Positions 23,951 to 32,680 of a stretch of DNA of 64,000 bases are shown here, one piece after another; the stretch's first letter is position 1; every line of letters begins with the position of its first letter. A model generated the notes under the pieces. The model ran no database searches. It saw nothing but the letters and a program-made list of their open reading frames with translations, and had not been told where the DNA came from. A program made the position numbers and the translations under genes. This DNA comes from an uncultured Acidobacteriota bacterium (GTDB lineage: Bacteria > Acidobacteriota > Thermoanaerobaculia > Multivoradales > UBA5704). The stretch covers positions 4,224,001 to 4,288,000 of the forward strand of contig CAVYRF010000002.1 in the NCBI GenBank assembly GCA_963770895.1. The letters run 5' to 3'.

Positions 23951-24961
23951 ATGTGCAACCTCACTCTTGCGGCGCCCTGCGGGGCGCCGCGCCGCCGGCG
24001 CCGCGGTCCTGGCGCAGCGCTGCGTGCGGCGCTGGCGGTGGCCGTGCTGGCGGTGGCCGGTGCGCTCGCCGCGGTGGCGGCGCCGGGCACGCCTGGAACG
24101 TCGGGGTCGCCGGGAGCGTCGGGGACGCCGGGCTCGGCGGTTCCGGGGGGCACGGCCGCCGGCGCATCGGCGGCGACCGCGACGAGCGCGACGAGCGACG
24201 CGGACCGTCAGCGGGCTGGCGTGCCGGCGTTGCCGCCGGCGCCGCGGCAGTGGGTGACGGACACCGCGGGTTTCCTCTCAGCAGGGGCGGCGGAATCGCT
24301 CAATGCGCAGCTGCGGGACGTCCAGGCGCGCAGCGGTCACCAGGTGCTGGTCTGGATCGGCGGCACGACCGGCGCCGACCCCATCGAGGACTACACGGTG
24401 CGGGCGTTTGCGGCCTGGAAAGTCGGCCGCAAGGGGATGGACGACGGGCTGGCCATCTTCGTCTTCGCGGACGACCGCAAGGTCCGCATCGAAGTCGGTT
24501 ACGGGCTGGAGGGCCAGATCACCGACGCCATCGCCTCGCGCATCATCGACGAAGTGATGGTGCCGCGGCTGCGCGCCGGCGAAAAGGACGGCGCAGTCGG
24601 CGCCGGCGTCGCGGCGACGCTGGCGGTGATGGACGGCCAGCCGTGGTCCGCGGTCCTGGCCAGCGTCGGCACCAACTTTGCCGGCGCGCCGTCGCCCGAC
24701 GGCTCCCCCTACGCCGGGCAGGGCGTTCCGCCCGGCCAGCGGGCGGTGCGGCGGCCGCTCTCCATGGGCCAGGTGATCCTCTTCTGGATCGTCGGCATCA
24801 TCGTCCTGATCGTCCTCATCACCCACCCCTCGTTCGCCCTGTGGCTGCTCTACACCATCCTTTCCGGCGGTGGGGGAGGCGGCGGCGGGGGCGGAGGTGG
24901 CGGCGGTTTCTCGGGCGGCGGTGGCCGCTCCGGGGGAGGCGGGGCCTCGGGATCGTGGTAA
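23951..24961 (+). CDS. TPM domain protein (YgcG-like) with Gly-rich tail
   Basis: VTDTAGFLS, WKVGRKGMDDG, RIEVGYGLEG and the FSGGGGRSGGGGASGSW tail. Confidence 0.9.
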   Translation: MCNLTLAAPCGAPRRRRRGPGAALRAALAVAVLAVAGALAAVAAPGTPGTSGSPGASGTPGSAVPGGTAAGASAATATSATSDADRQRAGVPALPPAPRQWVTDTAGFLSAGAAESLNAQLRDVQARSGHQVLVWIGGTTGADPIEDYTVRAFAAWKVGRKGMDDGLAIFVFADDRKVRIEVGYGLEGQITDAIASRIIDEVMVPRLRAGEKDGAVGAGVAATLAVMDGQPWSAVLASVGTNFAGAPSPDGSPYAGQGVPPGQRAVRRPLSMGQVILFWIVGIIVLIVLITHPSFALWLLYTILSGGGGGGGGGGGGGGFSGGGGRSGGGGASGSW

Positions 24962-25094
24962 GGATGGTCCCGTAGCAAGGGTCGAGCCGTAAGCGGGTTG
25001 GCAGGGCCGCGAGGCACCCGGGCGGTCTGCGAACCAGGGCTGGGATTCGGCCGGCCGGCGGGATGGAGCGGCGGAGCCGCTGGGGAGAACGCAC

Positions 25095-25538
25095 ATGTTT
25101 CTGGCACGCAGAAGGCTGCAGCGGGCCATCGACCAGCAGCAGGTCCACCAGGCGATCGTCGACGCCGAGCGCCGTACCTCGGGAGAGATCCGGGTGTCGC
25201 TGTCGCCCTTCTTCTGGGGCGACGTCCACCGCGCCGCCGAGCGCGCCTTCGAGCGCATGGGCATGACCGGCACCCGCCAGCGCAACGGCGTGCTCTTCTT
25301 CGTCGTGCCCTCGCGCCGCCGCTTCGTCGTCCTGGGCGACCAGGGCATCCACTCCCACGTCGGCCAGGAGTTCTGGCACGACGTCACGGCGGCCGTCGGC
25401 GACCGCTTCCGGCGCGGCGACTTCACCGGCGGCCTGGTCCACGGCATCGAAACCGTGGGAGAAGAGCTGGCGGAGGCCTTCCCGGCCGCGGAGCGGGTCG
25501 GGCACGACCAGCTGCCGGACGAAATTGACATCGGCTGA
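25095..25538 (+). CDS. TPM domain protein
   Basis: AERRTSGEIRV, RNGVLFF, GDQGIH and DQLPDEI; the usual third gene of the LemA operon. Confidence 0.88.
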   Translation: MFLARRRLQRAIDQQQVHQAIVDAERRTSGEIRVSLSPFFWGDVHRAAERAFERMGMTGTRQRNGVLFFVVPSRRRFVVLGDQGIHSHVGQEFWHDVTAAVGDRFRRGDFTGGLVHGIETVGEELAEAFPAAERVGHDQLPDEIDIG

Positions 25539-25663
25539 TGAGGCATCCCGAGCGCCGCCGGCCCTGACGACATCGCCCAGCGACTCATCCAACGCCACGG
25601 TCGGCAGCCAATGCCGCGGCACTGCACGCGGCTCACTGAAAGGCAACCCTCAGCGGAAGCATC

Positions 25664-26428
25664 ATGGCCACCATCACCGAGATCGCCCCTGACATCTATC
25701 GCATCTGCGTGGTCAACTCCGCCATCGGGTTGCAGTTCAGCCACTTCCTGGTGCGCGACGACGAGCCGCTGCTCTTCCATGCCGGCCTGCGCCGCATGTG
25801 GCCCGAGGTGCGCGACGGCGTCGCCAAGCTGATCGATCCGGCAGCCCTGCGCTGGATCAGCTGGAGCCACTTCGAATCCGACGAATGCGGCGCCCTGAAC
25901 GACTGGCTGCGCATCGCCCCCCACGCCACGCCCGCCTGCGGCATGATCGGCGCGCGCGTCAACGTCAACGACTTCAGCGACCGCGAAGTCCGCGTCCTGG
26001 CCCCCCAGGACGTGCTCTCGACCGGCCGCCACCGCTTCCGCTACCACCCCACCCCCCAGCTGCCGCACGGCTGGGACGCCGGCCTGCTCTTCGAAGAGAC
26101 CCGGCGCACCCTTTTCTGCTCCGACCTCTTCCACCAGCTGGGCGGCGACCTGGAACCCCTGTCCCAGGCCAGCATCCTGGACCGCTGCCGCCACGCACTC
26201 GCCACCATCCAGGCCGGTCCCCTGGCCGGCTACATCCCCTACACCGCCTCGACCGGCACCATCCTGCAATCCCTGGCCGCCCTCGACCCCCAGACCCTGG
26301 CCATCCAGCACGGCTCCAGCTTCACCGGCAACTGCGCCGCCGCCCTGTCCGAGCTGAACGCTCTGATGGCCGACCTGCTGACCCAGGCGCCGGAAACGCC
26401 CGGCGGATGCGCCGGCACCGCCGGCTGA
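25664..26428 (+). CDS. MBL-fold protein (FprA/ODP-like N-terminal domain)
   Basis: SHFESDECG, PHGWD, LFCSDLF and QHGS metal-ligand motifs. Confidence 0.85.
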   Translation: MATITEIAPDIYRICVVNSAIGLQFSHFLVRDDEPLLFHAGLRRMWPEVRDGVAKLIDPAALRWISWSHFESDECGALNDWLRIAPHATPACGMIGARVNVNDFSDREVRVLAPQDVLSTGRHRFRYHPTPQLPHGWDAGLLFEETRRTLFCSDLFHQLGGDLEPLSQASILDRCRHALATIQAGPLAGYIPYTASTGTILQSLAALDPQTLAIQHGSSFTGNCAAALSELNALMADLLTQAPETPGGCAGTAG

Positions 26429-26499
26429 CCGCGTACGCGAGCGCCTCCCTGGTGCGGAAGGCCGGCGACGGTGACGGCGACGTGCGGAGCGCCCAGCAC

Positions 26500-26997
26500 T
26501 TGACGGACGAACCCTATGGATTCCGCCCCGCCACGGCCGACGACCTGCCAATGCTGCGGCGCTGGCTGCACACCCCCGAGGTCGTGCGCTGGTGGGGCGA
26601 CCCCGATCACGAGCTGTCCCTGCTCACCGAAGACCTGAACGAGCCCAACATGGTCATGCGCATCGTCTCGCTGGGCGCCAGGCCCTTCGCCTATGCCCAG
26701 CACTACGATGTGCACAGCTGGCCGCAGGACCACCTGGCCGCGCTCCCCGCCGGCACCCGCGCCATCGACACCTTCATCGGCGAGCCCGACATGCTCGGCG
26801 GCGGCCACGGCTCCCGCTACCTGCGCCAGCTGGCAAATCAACTGCTCCGCGAAGGCGCGCCGCTCATCGCCATCGACCCCGGCGCCGACAACCACCGAGC
26901 CCACCGCGCCTACCGGAAAGCCGGTTTCCGCGGCGACGCCCTCGTCGAAACCCCCGAAGGTCCAGCCGTTCTGATGACCTTCGACGGCAGGGGCTAG
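26500..26997 (+). CDS. GNAT acetyltransferase (AAC(6')-Ib/Acetyltransf_8-like)
   Basis: DLPMLRRWL..PEVVRWWG, IDTFIGEPDMLGGGHG and DPGADNHRAHRAYRKAGF. Start uncertain (26482 or 26500). Confidence 0.82.
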   Translation: MTDEPYGFRPATADDLPMLRRWLHTPEVVRWWGDPDHELSLLTEDLNEPNMVMRIVSLGARPFAYAQHYDVHSWPQDHLAALPAGTRAIDTFIGEPDMLGGGHGSRYLRQLANQLLREGAPLIAIDPGADNHRAHRAYRKAGFRGDALVETPEGPAVLMTFDGRG

Positions 26998-27122
26998 TCT
27001 CGTCGAGCGGCCGAGGCAAGCGCCGTTTGACCGACGGCTTGGCTTCGCGGCTTCTCCCAGGCCCGATGCAGGGCTCTCGGCGGAGGAGTAAAATCGGCCA
27101 GACTCGAATCGAGGAGATCTTC

Positions 27123-27323
27123 ATGAGCGAAGTCGAGCAGATCGAGAAGCGAATCGAAGGCCTTTCCCGAGAGGACCTGGCGAACTTCAGGGAATGGTTT
27201 CTCGAATATGACGCTGCCGTTTGGGACCAACAGATCGCAGCCGACGCCAAGGCTGGAAGACTGGATAGCCTGATTGCCGAAGCCACAGCCGACTACAAAG
27301 CCGGGAAGGCGCGGGACCTTTGA
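27123..27323 (+). CDS. Putative antitoxin (66 aa)
   Basis: MSEVEQIEKRIEGLS..WDQQIAADAKAGRLDSL; GAGGAG RBS; overlaps the toxin start by TTGA. Confidence 0.75.
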   Translation: MSEVEQIEKRIEGLSREDLANFREWFLEYDAAVWDQQIAADAKAGRLDSLIAEATADYKAGKARDL

Positions 27324-27571
27324 GGCATGTTGCGTCTCCACGCTTCTGGGCGATGTATCAGGCATTGCCGCTCGATGTCAGGTATCTGGCAGACAAGAGC
27401 TTTGCGCTCTTGAAGTCCGACCCCCGCCACCCTTCCCTCCACTTCAAGAAGCTCGGCCAACTCTGGTCAGTCCGCGTGGGCAATCACTACCGTGCCCTCG
27501 GAACAGAAGTTGAGAGCGGTATTTACTGGATCTGGATCGGCACCCACGCCGAGTACGACAAAAGAACATAG
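27320..27571 (+). CDS. RelE/ParE-fold toxin
   Basis: RFWAMYQALP..DPRHPSLHFKK..WSVRVG..YRALG..WIWIGTHAEYD. Confidence 0.82.
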   Translation: MRHVASPRFWAMYQALPLDVRYLADKSFALLKSDPRHPSLHFKKLGQLWSVRVGNHYRALGTEVESGIYWIWIGTHAEYDKRT

Positions 27572-27759
27572 GCGGCTGTCGTCGGCGTGCCCAGAACTTG
27601 CTGAGTGGCTACCGGGAGGCGTCGGCGGATAGGCAGCGGCGATACGATATGTAAGCGTCAAGCGCCCAGTCCCAGGCGGCTTGGGCGGCGTCCGGATCGC
27701 CGGCGGCCTGCTCGAGATTCTAGGCGAATATTCTTGGACGCTGCCAATACGCGGCCGCG

Positions 27760-27972
27760 TCACAGGTCGCTGGGGCTGAGACCTGTGTTCTTGGCGATCT
27801 TGGCGAGCATTCGAGGTCCAATTTCATCGCCCTCATGGAAGGCCCAGACGTAATCTGGCCAGCCGGCACGCTGAAGTACTCTGTGGGACCCGGAACTTCG
27901 CTTGACCGCCCAGCCCTTTCGCAGGAGTGCGGTCAGAACTCGACTTGCCTTTGTTGACGGCCAGGCGCTCAA
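27760..27972 (-). CDS. hicA: HicA-family toxin
   Basis: 70 aa, GW..KRSSGSHR and H..DEIGPRMLAKIAK. Confidence 0.85.
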   Translation of the reverse strand: MSAWPSTKASRVLTALLRKGWAVKRSSGSHRVLQRAGWPDYVWAFHEGDEIGPRMLAKIAKNTGLSPSDL

Positions 27973-28184
27973 GCAGCGGCGTTGACGACGAAGGAAAGAT
28001 CCAAGGGGGAAGCCGGCGCCTCGCCGTGCTCGAGCCGATCCGCGACGACTCGCAGCGCCAAGGCTTGGGCGCTGGCGAGGGCTTCGTCGCGAGAAGCGCC
28101 GTAGACCAAGGTCCCAGGCAGGTCCACGACCTCGGCGATCCAGCGCCCGTCCGTTTCCTGGTCCAGTTCAACGGTGAGTTTCAT
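27969..28184 (-). CDS. hicB: Short HicB-family antitoxin (no DNA-binding domain)
   Basis: EQ/ETDGRWIAEVVDLPG..YGASRDEAL; 4-nt overlap with hicA. Confidence 0.85.
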   Translation of the reverse strand: MKLTVELDQETDGRWIAEVVDLPGTLVYGASRDEALASAQALALRVVADRLEHGEAPASPLDLSFVVNAAA

Positions 28185-28320
28185 GGGATCTCAGGGTAGC
28201 ACGCCGCAAACTCGACCCGCCAGGATCGCTAGGCGGGGCGCTGTTGCCGGCCCCCCTGAGGGGTAGACCGGCGTTTGGATGGGCGCGAGCGGCTGAAAGT
28301 TTGCGGGCGGGCTGGTGGGG

Positions 28321-30453
28321 CTAGCCGTCCTGGGCGACTTGGGAGTGGTCGCGGAGCTTTTCGGCGGCGGGGGAGAGGGGGGCGTTGATGAGGATTTTGT
28401 TGATGCGTTCGCTGGCTTTGGTGGCGTCGCCGAGGCCCTGGTAGAGGACGACTTCGCCGTAGAGGTTGTCGGCCAGGACGTTGAGGCGATCCAGGACGGG
28501 GATGACGAATTCGCCTTCGGGGAAGCGGCGGAGGTATTCGGCGCCGTTGGCGGGGTCGTCGTAGATGTGGGCGACCTTGGTGAGGCGGTCGCCGGCCAGC
28601 TTTTGCATTTCGGTGTCGCGCTGCTGGTCGACCAGCTCCTGCAGGGCGGCCAGCTCCTTGAGGGTGCTGGTGAGGTTGCGCAGGCCGGTGCGGGCGCGTT
28701 TGCCGAAGTCGGTGTCGGGGCCGGCTTCCCAGGCGGTGAGGTATTGGCGCACGGCTTCGGTCTCGTTGCCGGTGCGGCTGTAGGCGTCGCCCAGGGCGAG
28801 GGCGACCTGCGGCACTTGCGGGGCGTCGGGGAAGTTGCTCAGGAAGGCGACCAGGAAGGGGGTTTCATAGATGCCGTCGGTGAACACTTCCACGGCGTGC
28901 GGATAGAGCGCCTTGCGCTGGTCGTCCAGGGCCGCGATCTCGATTGCGAGGGTCGCCACCAGGGGCGGCACGGGGCCGGTGGGGTCGAGCGACTGGACCT
29001 CGGCAAGCTCGCGGCGGTAGGCCCGCACGACGGAGCCGTAGTCGTGCAGCTCGGGGGCGCAGGTGGTGCTTTGGAAGCCGTGGAAACCCGCCAGCTGGCC
29101 GGGGGTCGGGCGGACGCGCCCGCTGCCGCCGCGATTGCTGGGGGCGGTGGCGGTGCGGTTGGCGTCGCGACGCGGCGTGACTTCGGGGCAGCTGGCGAGC
29201 TTGGCGTCACGGATCTTGTGCAGGCGGGCCAGCCGGATGGAGTCGGCGATGCTGCCCTTGGGCCAGACGCCCAGGGCGCTCTGATAGAGCAGCTCGCTGA
29301 CGGTCTTGGGCGGCTGCGGCGCTTCGGGGTCTTCCTCACGCCGGACTTCGCCGGAGGAATCCGGCTCGGGTTCGGGCCTGGGCTTTGGCGGCTTGAGGGC
29401 TTCCTTGATGCGTGCGTGGGCCGCGTAGTTGACCAGAACCTGCTGGGTGGCCTGCCGGTAGGCGTCGGCGGATTGGCGCTTCTGGATGCTGAAGCTCTGC
29501 TTGCGGGCTTCGCCGGCGCGCATGCGTTCCTGCGAGAAGGGGTGGGTCTGCAGGTAGCCGTATTCGCGGACCTGCGGCGAGCGGGCTTCCATCCTGACCC
29601 ACAGGCGCCGGGTGCCGTCGGGGTCGTAGCCGGCGGCGGCGGCGAGCTGCTGGCCCACGAAGTCGGCTTCGTCTTCGTTGTCGCGGCTGTAGCCGCGCAG
29701 CAGCAGTTCCCCCAACACCAGGCTGGCCGCGGCGGCGCCCTGGACGCGGTTGCCGTCGCCGTAGTCGTAGCCGTAGCGCGGGTCGTAAGGCCCTTCCAGC
29801 CCCTGCTTGGGGGGATTGCGGGCGGAGGTGACCAGCACGCCCGCCACCAGCAGATCGCCAAGGATGCTCATCAGCATCGCCCGGTGCGCCAGGTGGATCT
29901 GGTGCTCCCTGATGACGTGGGTCATTTCGTGACCCAGCAAGCACGCCACCATGTCGTCGTCGAGGTCGAGATCGAGCATGCCGCGGGTGACGAAGATCTG
30001 GCCGCCGGGCAGGGCGAAGGCGTTGGGTTCCGCCATGTTCACCAAGGTGAAGGTGATCGGGAACTTGTAGTAGTCGTTGTGCTGTGCCAGCTCGTAGCCG
30101 ATGCGGTTGATGCGGGTGGCCATGGCCGGGTTGTCGTAGAAGCCGTACTCTTCGATGACTTCCACGGCCGCTCCGGCGCTCTGGTTGAAGAGCTTCTCAT
30201 CGGAGATCGTCGGCGGCTGCTGGACCAGGTGCTCGCCGGGGGGCAGCTTGATCGCGACGGTGTCCGGCGATGCCGGCGCCGGTGTGGACGCCGTCGATGG
30301 TGGCGCGGCCGGCGCGGCTGGCGGGGCAGCGGTCGAAGTTTGAGCGGTGGTCGCTGTTGGCGTGGGGCTTGGAGCGGCGGCGCCAAGCTGCGTCGGCAGG
30401 GTGCCGGGCAGCAGGAGGAGTGCGAGGGCAGGGGCGATCGCGCGCGCGTTCAT
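28321..30453 (-). CDS. M48 family metalloprotease with C-terminal TPR-like region
   Basis: PNAFALPGG, GHEMTH (HExxH), YSRDNEDEAD and THP motifs; N-terminal signal-like segment. Confidence 0.88.
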   Translation of the reverse strand: MNARAIAPALALLLLPGTLPTQLGAAAPSPTPTATTAQTSTAAPPAAPAAPPSTASTPAPASPDTVAIKLPPGEHLVQQPPTISDEKLFNQSAGAAVEVIEEYGFYDNPAMATRINRIGYELAQHNDYYKFPITFTLVNMAEPNAFALPGGQIFVTRGMLDLDLDDDMVACLLGHEMTHVIREHQIHLAHRAMLMSILGDLLVAGVLVTSARNPPKQGLEGPYDPRYGYDYGDGNRVQGAAAASLVLGELLLRGYSRDNEDEADFVGQQLAAAAGYDPDGTRRLWVRMEARSPQVREYGYLQTHPFSQERMRAGEARKQSFSIQKRQSADAYRQATQQVLVNYAAHARIKEALKPPKPRPEPEPDSSGEVRREEDPEAPQPPKTVSELLYQSALGVWPKGSIADSIRLARLHKIRDAKLASCPEVTPRRDANRTATAPSNRGGSGRVRPTPGQLAGFHGFQSTTCAPELHDYGSVVRAYRRELAEVQSLDPTGPVPPLVATLAIEIAALDDQRKALYPHAVEVFTDGIYETPFLVAFLSNFPDAPQVPQVALALGDAYSRTGNETEAVRQYLTAWEAGPDTDFGKRARTGLRNLTSTLKELAALQELVDQQRDTEMQKLAGDRLTKVAHIYDDPANGAEYLRRFPEGEFVIPVLDRLNVLADNLYGEVVLYQGLGDATKASERINKILINAPLSPAAEKLRDHSQVAQDG

Positions 30454-30537
30454 GGGCAAATAGTAGGCCTCTTACGTCAGTTCGGCAAAGGCAGGTGGCT
30501 GCGGCTTACACCAATTGCGTTTGGGCAGCGATCCGCC

Positions 30538-30780
30538 TCATGCCTGGGGCGCCACGGCCGTGGGAGGTTGTAAGACCCCTGGCGGCCTGGCGTCGAAAGC
30601 GCCGAGGAGTGCGGCGATGATCAAGGCGATCAGGATGGTGATCGCCACGCACCCGGCGACACAGATGAAAATGAAGGTGGCGAGACTGATGACCCCGGCC
30701 AATAGAATCAGGATGAGCAGCAGGAGCCCGGTTGCGGCGAGGATGGACACGACCCAGGAAACCACGTCGAGGTAGGGCAT
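30538..30780 (-). CDS. Small hydrophobic membrane protein
   Basis: 80 aa with two long hydrophobic stretches and a GGAGG RBS upstream. Confidence 0.55.
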   Translation of the reverse strand: MPYLDVVSWVVSILAATGLLLLILILLAGVISLATFIFICVAGCVAITILIALIIAALLGAFDARPPGVLQPPTAVAPQA

Positions 30781-30868
30781 CAAACACCGTTCCTCCACGG
30801 CTATCTTAGCAGGTCGGAGCGATTCGCGGAGGTCCGCGAGTGGCCCGCGTGTGGTAGGTTCATGGCCC

Positions 30869-31147
30869 ATGAGCGACTTGACCATTGAGGTGAAGACCGT
30901 CAAATCTTCGATGGGGGAGATCCGCCCGGCAATCGATGCCGGCCTCCTGGAGGCTTTCCCCGGTGGAATGCTCAAATGGCGCTGGGAGGGTGACGTCCTG
31001 CACCTCTCCGGTCCGGGCGCCAAAGGCACGCTGGTCCTCGAAGGCGACCGGCTCGTGGGGCGCGCCCACCTGGGGCCGCCGGCGAGCATGATGCGGCCGA
31101 TCATCGAGCAGAAAATTCGCAGCGTCATGCAGAAAGTCGCCGCCTGA
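30869..31147 (+). CDS. Small hypothetical protein (PHA-system-protein-like fold possible)
   Basis: WRWEGDVLHLSGPGAKGTL..MRPIIEQKIR; globular composition. Confidence 0.6.
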   Translation: MSDLTIEVKTVKSSMGEIRPAIDAGLLEAFPGGMLKWRWEGDVLHLSGPGAKGTLVLEGDRLVGRAHLGPPASMMRPIIEQKIRSVMQKVAA

Positions 31148-31302
31148 AGGGCGGCGGAGCCGCCGCGCAGCACCCGCGCGCCGCTCTCCGCCGGCCGCCA
31201 ATTTGCCGGCCCTTGCGGCGGCCTCCGCCTCAGACCCGCTGACGCAGGCGTCGCCGGCGCCGCCGCCGGAAACATGGGGCGGGGCGCAGTCGGCGTCAAG
31301 CC

Positions 31303-32652
31303 ATGGTGGACCATCCGACCCAATTGTTGGCAGCGCTGCGGGCGCGGGCAGCCGCGGAGCCTGAATCGCCGTTCCTGTTCTGGCCCGATGGCTGGGACTG
31401 GCGGTGGTGGTCCTGGGGGCGGGTCGCCCAGCTGACCGCGCGCTGGCAGAAGACCCTGGTGGAGCTGCCGGCCGGCGCCCGCGTCGGGTTTGCGGGCGAC
31501 GCCTGGCCGGGCGCGCTGGTTCTCGACCTGGCGGTGCAGGCAGCGGGCCTGGAAGCGGTGCCGACCGCGGCGATCTCCGCGGGCGAGCCCGCTCCGGCGG
31601 AGCATGCAGGCGGTCCGGACGTCGTATCGCCCATGGCGGCGTCAGCCGGCGCGCCGACGATTTCGGCGTGGCTGGAAGTGGCGGTGGACGGCCCGGTGCG
31701 GACCCGCTGGGACAGAGACCTGCAGATCCGCGTGCTCCCGCGCCGAGGCGCCGGAGAGGCGCGGCGCTCCGAGCGCTTTGGGCGGATCGATGGGCTGGAA
31801 TCGGCCGCGGCAGGGATGTGGGATTCGGCGGCGGTGCCGGCCGTGACCCAGGCAGTAGGTCCGGCGCCGGCGGTAGGAGCGAACCTGGAATCCGAATCGG
31901 GGGTGGAGGCGACGGCGCAAGCCGGACCCGCGGCGGAGGCAGCGAAGCACGGATCGTCGACGACGGCCGGCGAGGCTGAGGTAGCGGCGGCGGGGGCGGT
32001 CTGGACCGCCAGCGACCATGGCTGGCGGCGATGGTCGCCCGATGCGCTTGCCGCGGCGATAGCACGGATCGAGGGTGTGGTGTGGCCGGGGCGGGGCGAT
32101 GCGGCCAGGGCGCCCAGCGAGCCGCCGGCTGGGCCTGGGCCGCAAGGTGGCAGCCTGACGGGCGACTTCCGCCTGTCGAGCAGCTCTGGTCAGGCGGGCG
32201 ACCTCCATGCGGCGGCCAGGGGAACGCGGGTGCCGGGGCTTGGGGTGAGGCGGCAGATCGTGGTGGCGGGGACGCCCTTGGGGGAGGTGGGCGGGCGGTT
32301 GATTGCGGCGTGGGCGACGATCGCGGGCGCGGCGCTGGTGTTGGATGCCGATCCGGGGCGGCGGCGGGGCACGATGGTGTGGGCGCGGCCGACGGCGCTG
32401 TATGCGGACGCGGGGGAGCTTGCCTGGCTGCGGCGGGAGGCGGCCGGCGGCGCTGAGGGGCGCCGGCGGCGGCAGCGGTTTGCGCCGGGGGCGGGCCAGC
32501 CGCGGCGGCCCTTTGATCGGCTGCGCACGGTGTTCCAGGCGGGGGCTCCCGATCCGGACGACGTGGCCTTCTGGGAGGAGCGCGGGGCGCGGCTCTTGCA
32601 GCTTCCCGGCCTGGACGGTGGCAGCCCGGTCGCGCCGGCCCAGGCATGGTAG
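31303..32652 (+). CDS. Degenerate AMP-binding (acyl-CoA ligase-like) protein
   Basis: N-terminus resembles long-chain acyl-CoA ligases (WSWGRV..GARVGF..LDLAVQAAG..VP) but has no intact TSGTTGxPKG loop or C-terminal domain. Confidence 0.5.
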   Translation: MVDHPTQLLAALRARAAAEPESPFLFWPDGWDWRWWSWGRVAQLTARWQKTLVELPAGARVGFAGDAWPGALVLDLAVQAAGLEAVPTAAISAGEPAPAEHAGGPDVVSPMAASAGAPTISAWLEVAVDGPVRTRWDRDLQIRVLPRRGAGEARRSERFGRIDGLESAAAGMWDSAAVPAVTQAVGPAPAVGANLESESGVEATAQAGPAAEAAKHGSSTTAGEAEVAAAGAVWTASDHGWRRWSPDALAAAIARIEGVVWPGRGDAARAPSEPPAGPGPQGGSLTGDFRLSSSSGQAGDLHAAARGTRVPGLGVRRQIVVAGTPLGEVGGRLIAAWATIAGAALVLDADPGRRRGTMVWARPTALYADAGELAWLRREAAGGAEGRRRRQRFAPGAGQPRRPFDRLRTVFQAGAPDPDDVAFWEERGARLLQLPGLDGGSPVAPAQAW

Positions 32653-32680
32653 TGGTATAAGAACGGGCGCGAGACAGGAG

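Noticed and set aside
26500-26997. Bona fide aminoglycoside resistance gene
   Set aside because: The fold is shared with siderophore and other acetyltransferases, and there is no integron context; substrate cannot be inferred.
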